From an uncultured Chloroflexia bacterium (lineage in GTDB: Bacteria; Chloroflexota; Chloroflexia; QHBQ01; JADMIH01), in the NCBI GenBank assembly GCA_963797095.1, contig CAWCNY010000008.1, positions 64,001 to 128,000 on the forward strand: a stretch of 64,000 bases of DNA. Direction: 5' to 3'. The notes below the pieces were generated by a model. That model had not been told where the DNA came from. It saw only the letters and a program-made list of their open reading frames with translations, and did no database searches. Within the stretch, counting starts at the first letter, position 1, and each line of letters starts with the position of its first letter. The position numbers and the translations under genes were made by a program. Below are positions 10,436 to 20,263 of this stretch, one piece after another.

Positions 10436-11612
10436 ATACCGCTGGCGAACCCATGCTCAAAGGCCACCTGCGGCGGAAACAGGCATAAGTGCGAGTCCCA
10501 GTCTGCTTGCCGGTGCCGCAAATGCCGATATGCATGTGCGAGCCATCGGACGATCCTCGAACCACTCCACTAATCGCAGCAAGTTTATCCCCACTGCTAT
10601 CAAGATGTTTTGCAGAGCAGTCTTCGCCGCTCCGATATAACGGCTCTGGCGTAGCCCGCCAACCCTCACACCTCGACTGAGCGTGCCTTCTACCCCTGCC
10701 CGTCGCTTGTACTCTTCCTTGAATTGAGTGCTCTGCTGCTCCACTCATTGCGCCAATATAGCAAAATGCTCTGCTCTTGGTCGCAATGTCAGCCCTCTTC
10801 CTGCCCGTGCCGATTTGGTACATTCTTGCCGTGCTGCACAACCCCGGCATGTTGCCGCTGCGAAATGCACGTGGATCGCCTCCTTACCGCGGGCTGTATG
10901 CGCTGGCGTCCAACTACTGCTTTGTTTGCCTGCTGGACATGTTACCTTCTGCCCCTCCCAGTCCACTACGAAACAGTGCGGCGAATACCCCTTACCAGCC
11001 TGCGTTTGCCAGCTATTGTCATCAGGTAGCGGTCCCACCAATCGCACCTCGTACTGCTCCTTGCTCTCTGTCAGTCGTGCCGCGTCAACATATCCGGCAT
11101 CAACCAAGTGTTCTGCTGGTAATAGATCGCGCTCTTTCAACGCCTCGTGAATCGGCTCTAACGCGGCTTCATCGGTGGCGGTAGCCGTGGTAGTTTCCAC
11201 ATGAGTTATCAGATGTGGACCATCGTCATCACACGTCTCGGTGACATGCACCTTGTAGCCGATCCAACGATGCTCTCTTTTCTTGCCGGTGCGTGCCTCC
11301 ACATCATACGGAGAGATAATTAGCTGAGGCATGGTCATAATTCATTTTTCACGCGTGGCGACGGATCAAATAGTGAGCCGAACCGCGTATTTTGGCTCTA
11401 TTCAGACCACATCGTGAGCGTCAAATTGTGCGTAATTGGTATTTATGACCATGCCTCAATTAGCTGCCTAACAGGTGGCAGATCACCCGCTTCCCGCCAA
11501 TGGATGGATCCATCCTCGGCAGGCGCATAAAATTGCTGTAGCCACACCTTTCGTAGAACCTGCACCTGCGGCAACAGTCTCAAGTTTGGTGGGGCATCTT
11601 CGTCATAGACCG
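10436..11612 (-). mobile_element. IS1182-family transposase remnant (5'-deleted, in-frame stop, MITE insertion)
   Basis: 'QVLRKVWLQQF', 'ISPYDVEAR', 'WIGYKVHVTETCD', 'HLVDAGY', 'YKRRAGVEGTLS', 'RQSRYIG'. TGA at 10745-10747. Confidence 0.85.
11326..11457. mobile_element. 132-bp MITE, 15-bp TIRs, 8-bp target duplication
   Basis: GAGGCATGGTCATAA...TTATGACCATGCCTC flanked by AATTAGCT at 11318-11325 and 11458-11465. Confidence 0.9.
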
Positions 11613-11876
11613 CTGTCGCAAGGTCTCGACGAACAGATCGTCTTCTGCGATCTGTCGATCTACCTCGTCGCGATTGTCAAAATAGTAAGCCAAAGCGGCG
11701 TAGACATCGCTGAGAGTCAGGTTGTATTCAACCGTAATCTCAGCGACGCTCATTCCCATGCGCTCATGCCAGATAGCTATGTCGTGCACGGTGATGCGGT
11801 GCCCGGTGATGTGCGGCTTGCCTCCGGCTATGCCAGGTGTTATCTCTATATGCCCATCAAGGACCTTAACGATCAT
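11580..11876 (-). CDS. DUF433 antitoxin-like protein (3' end fused to IS1182 remnant)
   Basis: 'IEITPGIAGGKPHITGHRITV', 'DVYAALAYY'. Confidence 0.85.
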   Translation of the reverse strand: MIVKVLDGHIEITPGIAGGKPHITGHRITVHDIAIWHERMGMSVAEITVEYNLTLSDVYAALAYYFDNRDEVDRQIAEDDLFVETLRQRSMTKMPHQT

Positions 11877-11956
11877 ATACTGTCCCCGATTCGCTTGCTT
11901 GCTCCCTGGATCGATCATAGCACATACAGGTGGAAGCGATAGCATTGAAGAACTGT

Positions 11957-14206
11957 TCAATCCTTCAATACAATGCGATGTAATTCCTCCACAAGGGCCT
12001 CGGAAGCACGTTCCATCCGCAAGTCCGCTACGGCACGAATAAAGCGCGGCACATCAAACTGCTCGACCACGGCCCGGCGTCGCAGCTCCACAGGAACCAG
12101 GTGGTGATATGCTCCGAGCGCCAGCATAGGCTCGTAAGCGCGATAATGCTCACGAAGGTATCGTTCGACCTGTGCAGGCGTAATTGTGGGGATGGAGCGA
12201 GGCTCGTCCCGCAACAGCAAGCACAACCCGACCTGAGACGCCGGCGCTATTGGCAAGGTATAAGCCAGGAGGTCCAGGATCGCCCGCCCGTAGACATCTC
12301 CCAACCAGTGGTACCATATCCACCCGCCGTCGTTCGGGACCAGCGGCGCTGTCCCGGGAGAAAGCCCAAGCTGGGACGGAAATCGCCTGGCAAGGTCGTA
12401 ACTCAGGGTCTGCCTTGTCGAGAGATATCGCAAGGGTGTCGAGTAGGCCGCCTCTGCGCTTTCTCCCGCCTTGTTATCTCGATTGACCGACACCCACAGC
12501 GACTCCCCATCGTACCATTCGACGTTCAGAGGGCGTCCTTCCAGGGTCAGTATGTCCCCATCAAACCCCTGGCGATCAATGCTTGCAACCACACGCTGGC
12601 TATCGCGATCGCGGATCTTGATGGGCGCACCTCCCATCTCTATATTACTGTGCAGGCTCAACGTGCTGTACTCAGCCGCCTGCAGATCGACCAACCGGTT
12701 CAGGCGCTCGCCCGCACGCCATTCCCCAGGCCGGCCACTCGTCAGGTATCCCAGGGCCTGCAGAGTGCCTAAGAGAAGGCGCAAGTCTGTGGTTGAAAGC
12801 ATTCCCTCGAACAAACGGGACAGGGGATTGAGGCGTACAGCGCCTGTGGGACTTTGTTTCAAGAGGCTGAATATCTGCTGGATAGCAACTGATGGGCGGA
12901 AGCTAATCGCTGCCGTCTGTGCCTCAGTCCAGTCCGCTGCCTCTGAGGCCTCGGAGATATCAGGGAGATCGGTAGCACTGTTGACAGCATCGAGTATCGC
13001 GCCGAAAGTGATGCGTTCCAGCGGCGTGCGATAGAAGCAGGCTACGCGGGCGAATTTCCGGCGTCGATTGGCACGCCCTACTCGCTGGACGAACGAGTGG
13101 GTGCTGCCGGGCGGGCCGATGAGCAGCGTCACATCAATGTTGCCCACGTCTATGCCAAGCTCAAGAGTGCTGCTGGCGAAGCAGAGGGCCGCTTCGGCTT
13201 GCGCGAACCCGTGCTCAATCTCGCGCCGCCTCTCCCAATCGAGATTGGAGTAGTGCACGTACACGGCGTCTCCGAAGGGTGACCCTCCACTCCGAGCGTT
13301 GCGTATGGCGGCGGCATACCTCTCTACCTCGGCGCGTGTGTTGCAGAAAGCCAGGGCCTTTCTCCAGCCGCGCTCACGGAAAGTGCTCAGGTAGTCGAGC
13401 AGCGCTCCGACGGTGTCTGCTTCGAGAGCGATTAGCTCGGACTCAATAGCTCTCGCGCTCGTCAGATTCCCCTGGTTCCCTTGCTCGCCCGTAGTTTGCA
13501 GTCGTGTCACCTCGACCACTCGTGCATTCTCGAAATATCGCCCGGCAACCCCAGCCGGTTCCGAGAGCGTCGCCGACAAAGCTACCACTTGCACGTGTGC
13601 ACCGGTCGCCTCGGTTGTATCACCGGCACCGGCATCACCCGCTTTGGCTGCGTGAGCGCGCACCTCTCGCAGGCGATTGAGCAGGACGCGCAACTGGTCG
13701 CCGCGCACCGTGCCGTCGGACGTGTGCAGTTCGTCCAGCACTACCGCCCGCACTCTCGCCAGCGACTTCGTCCGGTTTGACATGAGAGCGTCCAGCGACT
13801 CGGGCGTGGTCAACAGAATGTCGGCCGGGCGCTCAGGGTCGAAGGTATTGAAGTCGTGCGTCTTGACGGCACATGACACCCGCAAGGTTTCCAAAGGCAC
13901 GTGGATGCGTGCCCACAGGTCACTTATCAGGGCTCGCGTGGGCAGAAGATAAAGGATAGTCAAGCCGGGAGTGACGCGCTCTGCCGGAAGGTATCGCTCG
14001 ATCAGGGGGGCGAGGGCGGCTTCCGTTTTACCGCTGGCGGTCGGCGCGCAAAGGATGACGTTCTCTCCCTCCAGTACAGAGGGGATAGAGGCAAGCTGGG
14101 CGGGAGTGAAGTTGCCGTGCCTGCGAAAGAAGGCTCCCCACGTGCGTGGCAAGGCAGCCTTTAGCGCGTGCCCATAAGTCCGAGTTTGCTTTGGAGAAGC
14201 TTTCAA
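11957..14206 (-). CDS. Lhr-like DEAD/DEAH SF2 helicase (BrxHI/SngC-like)
   Basis: Q motif FTPAQ, APTASGKTE, PTRAL, TTPESL, DELH, SAT, STLELGID, QRVGRANRR. Confidence 0.9.
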   Translation of the reverse strand: MKASPKQTRTYGHALKAALPRTWGAFFRRHGNFTPAQLASIPSVLEGENVILCAPTASGKTEAALAPLIERYLPAERVTPGLTILYLLPTRALISDLWARIHVPLETLRVSCAVKTHDFNTFDPERPADILLTTPESLDALMSNRTKSLARVRAVVLDELHTSDGTVRGDQLRVLLNRLREVRAHAAKAGDAGAGDTTEATGAHVQVVALSATLSEPAGVAGRYFENARVVEVTRLQTTGEQGNQGNLTSARAIESELIALEADTVGALLDYLSTFRERGWRKALAFCNTRAEVERYAAAIRNARSGGSPFGDAVYVHYSNLDWERRREIEHGFAQAEAALCFASSTLELGIDVGNIDVTLLIGPPGSTHSFVQRVGRANRRRKFARVACFYRTPLERITFGAILDAVNSATDLPDISEASEAADWTEAQTAAISFRPSVAIQQIFSLLKQSPTGAVRLNPLSRLFEGMLSTTDLRLLLGTLQALGYLTSGRPGEWRAGERLNRLVDLQAAEYSTLSLHSNIEMGGAPIKIRDRDSQRVVASIDRQGFDGDILTLEGRPLNVEWYDGESLWVSVNRDNKAGESAEAAYSTPLRYLSTRQTLSYDLARRFPSQLGLSPGTAPLVPNDGGWIWYHWLGDVYGRAILDLLAYTLPIAPASQVGLCLLLRDEPRSIPTITPAQVERYLREHYRAYEPMLALGAYHHLVPVELRRRAVVEQFDVPRFIRAVADLRMERASEALVEELHRIVLKD

Positions 14207-14347
14207 GCGTCACGCTCCCGGTCAGCGATCCGACACGTGGCTCAGGCTTTCCTCTCCGGGCCTAAGCAGTGAATTATAGCAGATTGGCGGATTGCTCTAT
14301 TCAGGCAGAGGGTCTACAATGAGGGCGGATAATGAAAGGAGAGGAGA

Positions 14348-14650
14348 ATGATATCTACAACAGAGCCGGTTGATATAGGTAAGCTTATCTCCAGGGTGCC
14401 GGAAATCTGGCATGGTTTGCCCATTATTGCGGGTACCCGGATAACGGTGGCGGGCATCATTAGCTTGTATGACGAAGGAGTAACAGCAGAGGACATAGCA
14501 CATCGCAAGCACTTGACACTGGCCCAGGTGTATGCTGCCCTGGCTTACTACCATGCCAACCGGCAGCAGATAGAGACAGAAAACACTAAGGAACAGGCTG
14601 AATACGACAAGCTGGCGGAAGGGGCACAGCGCGCTGAGAGCCGTACATGA
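14348..14650 (+). CDS. DUF433 antitoxin
   Basis: 'GLPIIAGTRITV', 'QVYAALAYYHAN'. ATGA overlap with the next gene. Confidence 0.9.
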   Translation: MISTTEPVDIGKLISRVPEIWHGLPIIAGTRITVAGIISLYDEGVTAEDIAHRKHLTLAQVYAALAYYHANRQQIETENTKEQAEYDKLAEGAQRAESRT

Positions 14651-15006
14651 GGCTACGCCTCTACCTTGACGAAGATGCAATGGATGACGGGTTTAGGGAC
14701 GCTCTTCGCGCTCAAGGAATTGATGTAAGAACGGCTGGAGAAGAAGGAACCGAAGGCTACTCTGACGAGCAACAACTGCTTTATGCAAAGGCTTTGGGTA
14801 GGGTAATATACAGTTTCAACCGGGGAGGCTTTATGGCTTTGCACACTCGGTTTCTCACAGAGGGTACGTCCCACGGCGGGATAATTCTTGCGCCTCAGAG
14901 ACGCTTTTCAGTGGGTGAACAATTGCGCCGACTCTTGTTGATCATTGATGCCAAACAGGCTGAGGAGATGGAAGACCAGGTCATATTTCTCAGCAATTGG
15001 GGGTAG
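14647..15006 (+). CDS. DUF5615 PIN-like toxin
   Basis: 'LYLDED', 'SDEQQL', 'RVIYSFN', 'HGGII'. Confidence 0.9.
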   Translation: MRLRLYLDEDAMDDGFRDALRAQGIDVRTAGEEGTEGYSDEQQLLYAKALGRVIYSFNRGGFMALHTRFLTEGTSHGGIILAPQRRFSVGEQLRRLLLIIDAKQAEEMEDQVIFLSNWG

Positions 15007-15023
15007 TTTGCAGGGCGCACACC

Positions 15024-15269
15024 CTAAGCCATTGCCTTTGATGCGAACTTGGTCTCGTCCACCTCCACGAATCCTGCCTGGGTGGCGCTCATCGGAGGCA
15101 ACGGTTGCCCGCGCTCAAGAGCTACCTCAAAGTAGAGTTCGAGTGCTTCCTGCATGTTCTCCAAAGTGCCGGCAACAGTGTCGCCGACGGTGCCCACGCC
15201 TGGCACATCCGGAGCATAGGCTGAATACCCGTCCAGCGTCTTCTCTATTACCACGGGATATTTGTGCGT
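15024..15269 (-). CDS. hicB: HicB family antitoxin (start codon reads ACG)
   Basis: 'KYPVVIEK...YSAYAPDVPGVGTVGDT...MQEALELY'. AGGAGG RBS precedes ACG at 15267-15269. Confidence 0.8.
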   Translation of the reverse strand, partial: THKYPVVIEKTLDGYSAYAPDVPGVGTVGDTVAGTLENMQEALELYFEVALERGQPLPPMSATQAGFVEVDETKFASKAMA

Positions 15270-15301
15270 ACCTGCCTCCTGAATGTTGGCACCTTTTCGG
15301 A

Positions 15302-15487
15302 CTACTCGCCAAGCTTCGCAATATCAGGTAATATCTTCAGTGTGCAAGTTGCCAGTTCTTTATTCTGCCTGGGGATGACTAACTGGCTCGGCTTCGCTGG
15401 GTGAACATAGACATCGTGCTTCTTGCCATGCCGATAAAGTACCCAACCGTCTGCCTTCACTTTGCGAACCAACTCACTCGCTTTCAC
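15302..15487 (-). CDS. hicA: HicA family toxin
   Basis: 'DGWVLYRHGKKHDVYVHPAKP...VIPR', upstream of hicB. Confidence 0.8.
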   Translation of the reverse strand: MKASELVRKVKADGWVLYRHGKKHDVYVHPAKPSQLVIPRQNKELATCTLKILPDIAKLGE

Positions 15488-15490
15488 TTA

Positions 15491-16987
15491 TTATAACTTT
15501 AACCCGCGCTTCAACTCCTCCAGCATCTCGCTCGGCGGGTAGTCGGGGTGGAGGTAGAGCAGGTCGCACACGGTTACAGCAGTGCGGATCAGTTGGCGCA
15601 GGTTGATGCGATGCTGCGAGAGGGCGCGTGACAGCATCCCAGGCACGGTGGAGGATACCTCAGTGTAGCGTTCAGGCGTGGAAGACCCGTTCTGATCATA
15701 GTCATAGGCCAGCGCGTGGTAGCGCTGCAGCGTGCCGAAGAACTCTCGGATATCCTTCTCGATGAAGCGGTCGTCCAGCCGCACAATCTGGGAGGGGGCT
15801 AGCCACGAGCCTACAGGCATCCGGTCAGCGCTTTCTGTAAGGGCGAATAGAAAGAGGAGATGCGGCTCGGATACGTAGCTTACAGGGTATTCGGAACGGG
15901 GATTGTCCGGGATCGTGCGGGCATCGATGCGCCCGTTGTTCAGGCCCAGCGCCGACACGGTCATCGCCTTGAAGAAGGAGTCGGCCCGCTCTCGCTGCGT
16001 CGCCCGCAGCAACGAGTAGTGCTCGGACTCGTCTATCAACACCCCAAGCCCGCTGTATCCGAGCAGGGTCGCCAGCGTGCTGATACCGGTGAGCATGTAG
16101 CTGTACTGGCGCGCCGTTTCGCGGGTCACGTACAGGGGCGGTGGCTTTTTCAGACAGCTTCTCATTTCTGCCTGCGGTTTAGCCTGCCCGCTCAACCACT
16201 GCACGATCTGGTCGAAGGCCAGCTGGCTGGAACAGTCCTGCAAAGCCAGCAGCGCCGACGCCAGGGGACAGTTCTTCGGCTCGCGTGGGCACGCCTCAAC
16301 GAGCCTGGCAATCACCGAGGGGTTGTCAAGCGCCTTGTTGATCAGGGGAAGAAGGCCGCGCTCCTCGGTGTCTGGGTAGCGCAGTGAGGTTACCAGTGCC
16401 TCGTAAATCTTGTGGGCTTTGCCGGGAGGTACCTCCACCAGATCGAGGCTGGCCGAGGCAACCAGGAAGTTCTCGCGCAGGCCGCGCCTGGCCGCAAGCT
16501 CGATGAAGTGGCTCTTGCCGAAGCCGTAATCGCCTATCACGGCAAGCGCGTCGCCGCTGCGCTCGCGGCTCCTTGCGAGCGCCCTATCCAGCGTCACCTG
16601 CTCGGCTTCCAGCCCTATGGTGAGGGTCTCGGCGTCCTGCACGGGTACCACACCCACGCGCAGCGCCTCCAGTGTTTGCTGGGCGCGGAATTGATCGCCT
16701 TCCAGCACCATAGTGCGCGCAGGCCTGAATTGGCCTTCGGCCAAGAACCGATGTGCCTTCATCGCAGGCGCATGGGGCGACTCGTCGAACTCTCTTGAAG
16801 GCAAGCGGAAACGTCTGCCGGACTCGAACTGAACCTCCCATTCGAACCCGCCCATGAAGGTTCGCAGGAGCGTGCCAGGGCCGAACTGCGGGTGATGCAC
16901 CCGGTTGGTTTCTTTGGCCTCTACAGAGCCTGCAGGCTCTGCAGGGTCCATGAGGTCCATACGGTCGCGGTTGTCCAATTGATCCAA
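15491..16987 (-). CDS. BrxD/DUF2791-like P-loop ATPase with N-terminal Tudor-like domain
   Basis: 'LEALRVGVVP', Walker A GDYGFGKSH, Walker B VLIDESE, N-terminal 'RVHHPQFGPG...VQF'. Confidence 0.8.
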   Translation of the reverse strand: MDQLDNRDRMDLMDPAEPAGSVEAKETNRVHHPQFGPGTLLRTFMGGFEWEVQFESGRRFRLPSREFDESPHAPAMKAHRFLAEGQFRPARTMVLEGDQFRAQQTLEALRVGVVPVQDAETLTIGLEAEQVTLDRALARSRERSGDALAVIGDYGFGKSHFIELAARRGLRENFLVASASLDLVEVPPGKAHKIYEALVTSLRYPDTEERGLLPLINKALDNPSVIARLVEACPREPKNCPLASALLALQDCSSQLAFDQIVQWLSGQAKPQAEMRSCLKKPPPLYVTRETARQYSYMLTGISTLATLLGYSGLGVLIDESEHYSLLRATQRERADSFFKAMTVSALGLNNGRIDARTIPDNPRSEYPVSYVSEPHLLFLFALTESADRMPVGSWLAPSQIVRLDDRFIEKDIREFFGTLQRYHALAYDYDQNGSSTPERYTEVSSTVPGMLSRALSQHRINLRQLIRTAVTVCDLLYLHPDYPPSEMLEELKRGLKL

Positions 16988-17001
16988 TAAGGGCCTCCGA
17001 C

Positions 17002-18300
17002 CTAATATGGACGCTGCTGCTCGTCGGCCAGCAGGTCGAGGGCGTTACTCTCCCCTCTGATGCGAGCGTCGGCGTACTCCGAGTTGATGGCTGTCTGCCC
17101 CTCCTCTTTCTGGCGGAACCACTCTGTTACGAGCGCTTTCACGAAGAGGCGGCGGTGACTTACCGCCAGGTAAGAGTTGACCGCCGCTTCCGCCAGCACG
17201 CGGATGTTCTGGCTCTGCATCTCTCCATCAAGCTTCACGTCGTACGCCGTCTCGAAGATTGGCATGAGGCGGTAGCCGATCTGCACCAGCAACTCCTCGT
17301 CGGGCATGTCGAGGTGGTCCAGGTCGATCTGGGGGCTGAAAGGGTTGGTGCGAGAGAAGTAGTCGGCGGCCTGCACCCTCTGCTGCAGAGCGGGGTACTT
17401 TGGCACGACCGTATGGAGGAAATCGGGTGGCACCGCGTACATGAAGAGTGCGCCCGGAAGGTCCTCGCGGCAGCGGTCGATCACCTCGCGCAGGTTATCG
17501 GTGGCGGTCTTCTCGGCCTTGCCGCCGATGCTCAGCATCCGGTCGCCTTCGTCGAAGAGGAGAGCGAGCCCGGTGTAGCCCAGGGCGCGTACCGCCTGGC
17601 ACAGGGAGCGGAGCATCTTGAAAGCGTTGTTGCGGTTGATCTTCTCGGTCACGCCGATTGAGCGCAGGTCGCGCATATCTTCGGGGGTGACTTCCTCGCC
17701 CTGAAACCAGCGCTCTAGCGAATCTTCGCGGCGCTCCTGCCCTCGGAGGAGGGCGGTGAAATACCCCTGCACGGCTTTGTGGAAGCTGAGGCTATCTATG
17801 TGAGTTGAGGCGATAGTGCTCAGGAAAGCGCGCACTTCGGGGATCTCTTCCGCGCCCTCGTCCTGCAAGTCGAGGCCGTGCGGGCTGACAATGCGCCGCA
17901 GGGTGCCTTCGAGAAAGCGCCCCAGGCCGTACTCGTCTTCGGCCAGCCCGCCCAATTCATGCCATACTATGGATGACGCCACTGCCCCATACACCCGCCT
18001 CTGGTCGTCGTATGGGCTTTCCTTGGGACTGAGGTCCACTTTGCTCACGGCGAAGTCGCGCTGCCAGGCGCGGTCGCGCACACAGTAGAGGAAGTGCGAC
18101 TTGCCGCTGCCGTAGTCGCCCACCACCAGCTTGAACACGGCACCACCATCGGCCAGGTATGAACCGAGGTAATGGGTGTCGATGGCGTTGAGGAGCGATT
18201 CATTGCCCACGTTGTAGTAGCTTACGCCTCTGGGCATGGGAGTGCCGGATTGCCCCAATGTCTCGATGATCTGGCGGGCCAGGCGCGGTTCAGGTAACAT
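17002..18300 (-). CDS. BrxD/DUF2791-like P-loop ATPase
   Basis: 'FKLVVGDYGSGKSHFL', 'GYTGLALLFDE', 'YPALQQRV', 'PQIDL'. Confidence 0.85.
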   Translation of the reverse strand: MLPEPRLARQIIETLGQSGTPMPRGVSYYNVGNESLLNAIDTHYLGSYLADGGAVFKLVVGDYGSGKSHFLYCVRDRAWQRDFAVSKVDLSPKESPYDDQRRVYGAVASSIVWHELGGLAEDEYGLGRFLEGTLRRIVSPHGLDLQDEGAEEIPEVRAFLSTIASTHIDSLSFHKAVQGYFTALLRGQERREDSLERWFQGEEVTPEDMRDLRSIGVTEKINRNNAFKMLRSLCQAVRALGYTGLALLFDEGDRMLSIGGKAEKTATDNLREVIDRCREDLPGALFMYAVPPDFLHTVVPKYPALQQRVQAADYFSRTNPFSPQIDLDHLDMPDEELLVQIGYRLMPIFETAYDVKLDGEMQSQNIRVLAEAAVNSYLAVSHRRLFVKALVTEWFRQKEEGQTAINSEYADARIRGESNALDLLADEQQRPY

Positions 18301-18392
18301 AATTCGTCCTCCGGTGTGAAACTCCTATCTCGGAGTTGCGCCAAATGTGCAGTTATCATCAAGGCGCTCATAGCGAAGTGGTACAGGGGCAT

Positions 18393-18683
18393 TTAGCGGC
18401 GGTCCTCGATGACCATTTGCGACATAGGCTTGCCTTTGACCTTTATTGGTCTGCGGTTCCCCTTTGGCTCAACGTGCGATTGGTGCTTGATTTCCAGGAT
18501 CAAACCTCTTTCAAGTAGGTGTTGCCTGAAAGCCTCTTCTGCTGCCTCAAGTGCTCCGGGCAACATGAACTCATCGACGGCAGTAGGTACAACCGTGACC
18601 TCGACCTTCGTGCCGTCTTGAAGGTGCACGTCCTCGGGTAGCAATACGACATTGTCCTTTACAACGCCTTCATATACGGTCAT
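18393..18683 (-). CDS. antitoxin-like protein (AF2212-like N-terminus, VapB-like C-terminus)
   Basis: 'YEGVVKDNVVLLPEDVHLQDGTKVEV' and 'PIKVKGKPMSQMVIEDRR'. Followed by a decayed PIN-like start 'MPLYHFAMSAL'. Confidence 0.75.
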   Translation of the reverse strand: MTVYEGVVKDNVVLLPEDVHLQDGTKVEVTVVPTAVDEFMLPGALEAAEEAFRQHLLERGLILEIKHQSHVEPKGNRRPIKVKGKPMSQMVIEDRR

Positions 18684-18692
18684 GAAGCCTCC

Positions 18693-19752
18693 TTACTCCC
18701 TCACAAACTCGACGTCCGCGATGTACCGCCCATCGTAAGGCGTGTCTCCTTCCACAATCCACATGCTCTTTGTGGGGCTGTCGGTCTGCGATTTGACGGC
18801 GCTGTGGGCCTTCACGACGTGACTATCATATACGAGGCGCTGGCGGCTGGAGAACTCGTAGAAGTCGTATTCGAATTGCGCCCGCAAGTAATCGGTGAAA
18901 GTGTGCTTGCTCGGCTGGCTGGCGAAGGCTCGGCCCTGGCGCAGCAGCACCATCTCTATGTAGCAGTCCACGATATTCACCCGTGCCGATCCCGATGACT
19001 GTGTCTGCGTGCCTCGTTTGCGGCGGGCAGTCTGGTACGCTTCATGGAACTGGGCAATCCAGGCTTTGCCATCCTGGTTCCGTCCCATTATAGCCTTTGA
19101 TGCGCTCGCGTAGGCTTTTATGGTGGCTTCCACAGTGATGGGGGCATGGGGCACCACGACGTCCTTACCGTAACGCAGCACTACGAAGCGTTTGGCGAAG
19201 TTGGCCTCAAGCTCGAAGCGCCCGATCTCGAACCGAGGTGCGCGCCCTCCTATATGTATCCCCTGTTCCGCCAGGGCCGAGCGGAGCCTGTGGCCGAATT
19301 CGTCGCCGAGTACACGCTGGGCAACATCCAGCTCTTCGCGCAGAAGGGGGAGCGTCTCGCGCACGTTCTCTTGCTTTGCCAATTCCAGTGTGGCAAGAGC
19401 TTTGTCCAGCCGCACCACGTCCACAGGCTCGGTGCGTAGCGCCGACGACGCATCTTTCAGCGCGCCGGTGAGGGTGGCCAGAACTCTTTAGCTCGCGCCG
19501 TATGTCGGGCAGCAGCGGGTCCACGGCATCTTCTTTCAGCCTGCTCGCAGAGAACGCTTCTTGAGCACCATTGAGGCCGTCAGCGGAAACGCCTGAATTC
19601 AGCATACTGAGGTCTCGCAACGCCTTCTGCGCTTTGCTATGGGCGTTCGTGACTCCCTTGAATGCCGCCTGCAATCCGGCAACAGCTTTCTGCTGCTGAG
19701 AATAGGTCTCACGCAACGTATCGAGTTGGGTAACTAGGGTTTCGTTGGTCAT
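18693..19752 (-). CDS. hypothetical coiled-coil protein (~350 aa), first gene of the ATPase/helicase operon, single frameshift
   Basis: ORFs 19207-19761 and 18693-19424 join as '...RRELK|VLATLTGALKDASSALRTEPVDVVRLDK' on removing one base near 19486. Confidence 0.75.
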
Positions 19753-19984
19753 GATGATCACTTACCTGGCAATAAATATTCGAAGTGTCAAGCAGCAGCT
19801 ATTTTACCTTATTAGAGTGAGACAGCCAATCGAGAGTGCGTGGCGTCTGAGCACTTCTCCGGGGCTGCTTCTTGCGTGATCCTGGACGCGAGGCCAGCTT
19901 GCTGCAAGTTGAGGGCCATAACGGGGGTCACAACGGAGATCCTGTCCTGTTCCTCCGCTTTCGGCGGGATTGACCTGACCTGTG

Positions 19985-20263
19985 TCAGTAGTGGAACCGC
20001 GCCTGCAGGAAATCGATCCTATCCTCGCGCACCAGGTAGACGAGACGGTGCTCTTGCGTGATTCGCCTCGACCAGACGTTTGGCCCCAGATACTTCAACG
20101 GCACAGGCTTCCCTATGCCTTCGAAAGGATCTCGCAACACAACCTCCACCAGGCTTAGCACTCTCAACGCTGTGCGGCGATCGGTTTCTACCCGGTGGCG
20201 TTCAGCCCAATGGCGTAGGTCTTCTCGAAACTCCGGCTGAAAGACCGCCTGACGCTCACTCAC
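19985..20263 (-). CDS. yoeB: Txe/YoeB family toxin
   Basis: 'RDPFEGIGKP.PLKY...WSRRITQEHRLVY...QARFHY'. Confidence 0.92.
   Translation of the reverse strand: MSERQAVFQPEFREDLRHWAERHRVETDRRTALRVLSLVEVVLRDPFEGIGKPVPLKYLGPNVWSRRITQEHRLVYLVREDRIDFLQARFHY

Noticed and set aside
11957-18300. Calling the locus type 2 BREX or Shango
   Set aside because: No pglW/X/Y/Z genes, no recognisable TerB domain, and two ATPases rather than one.
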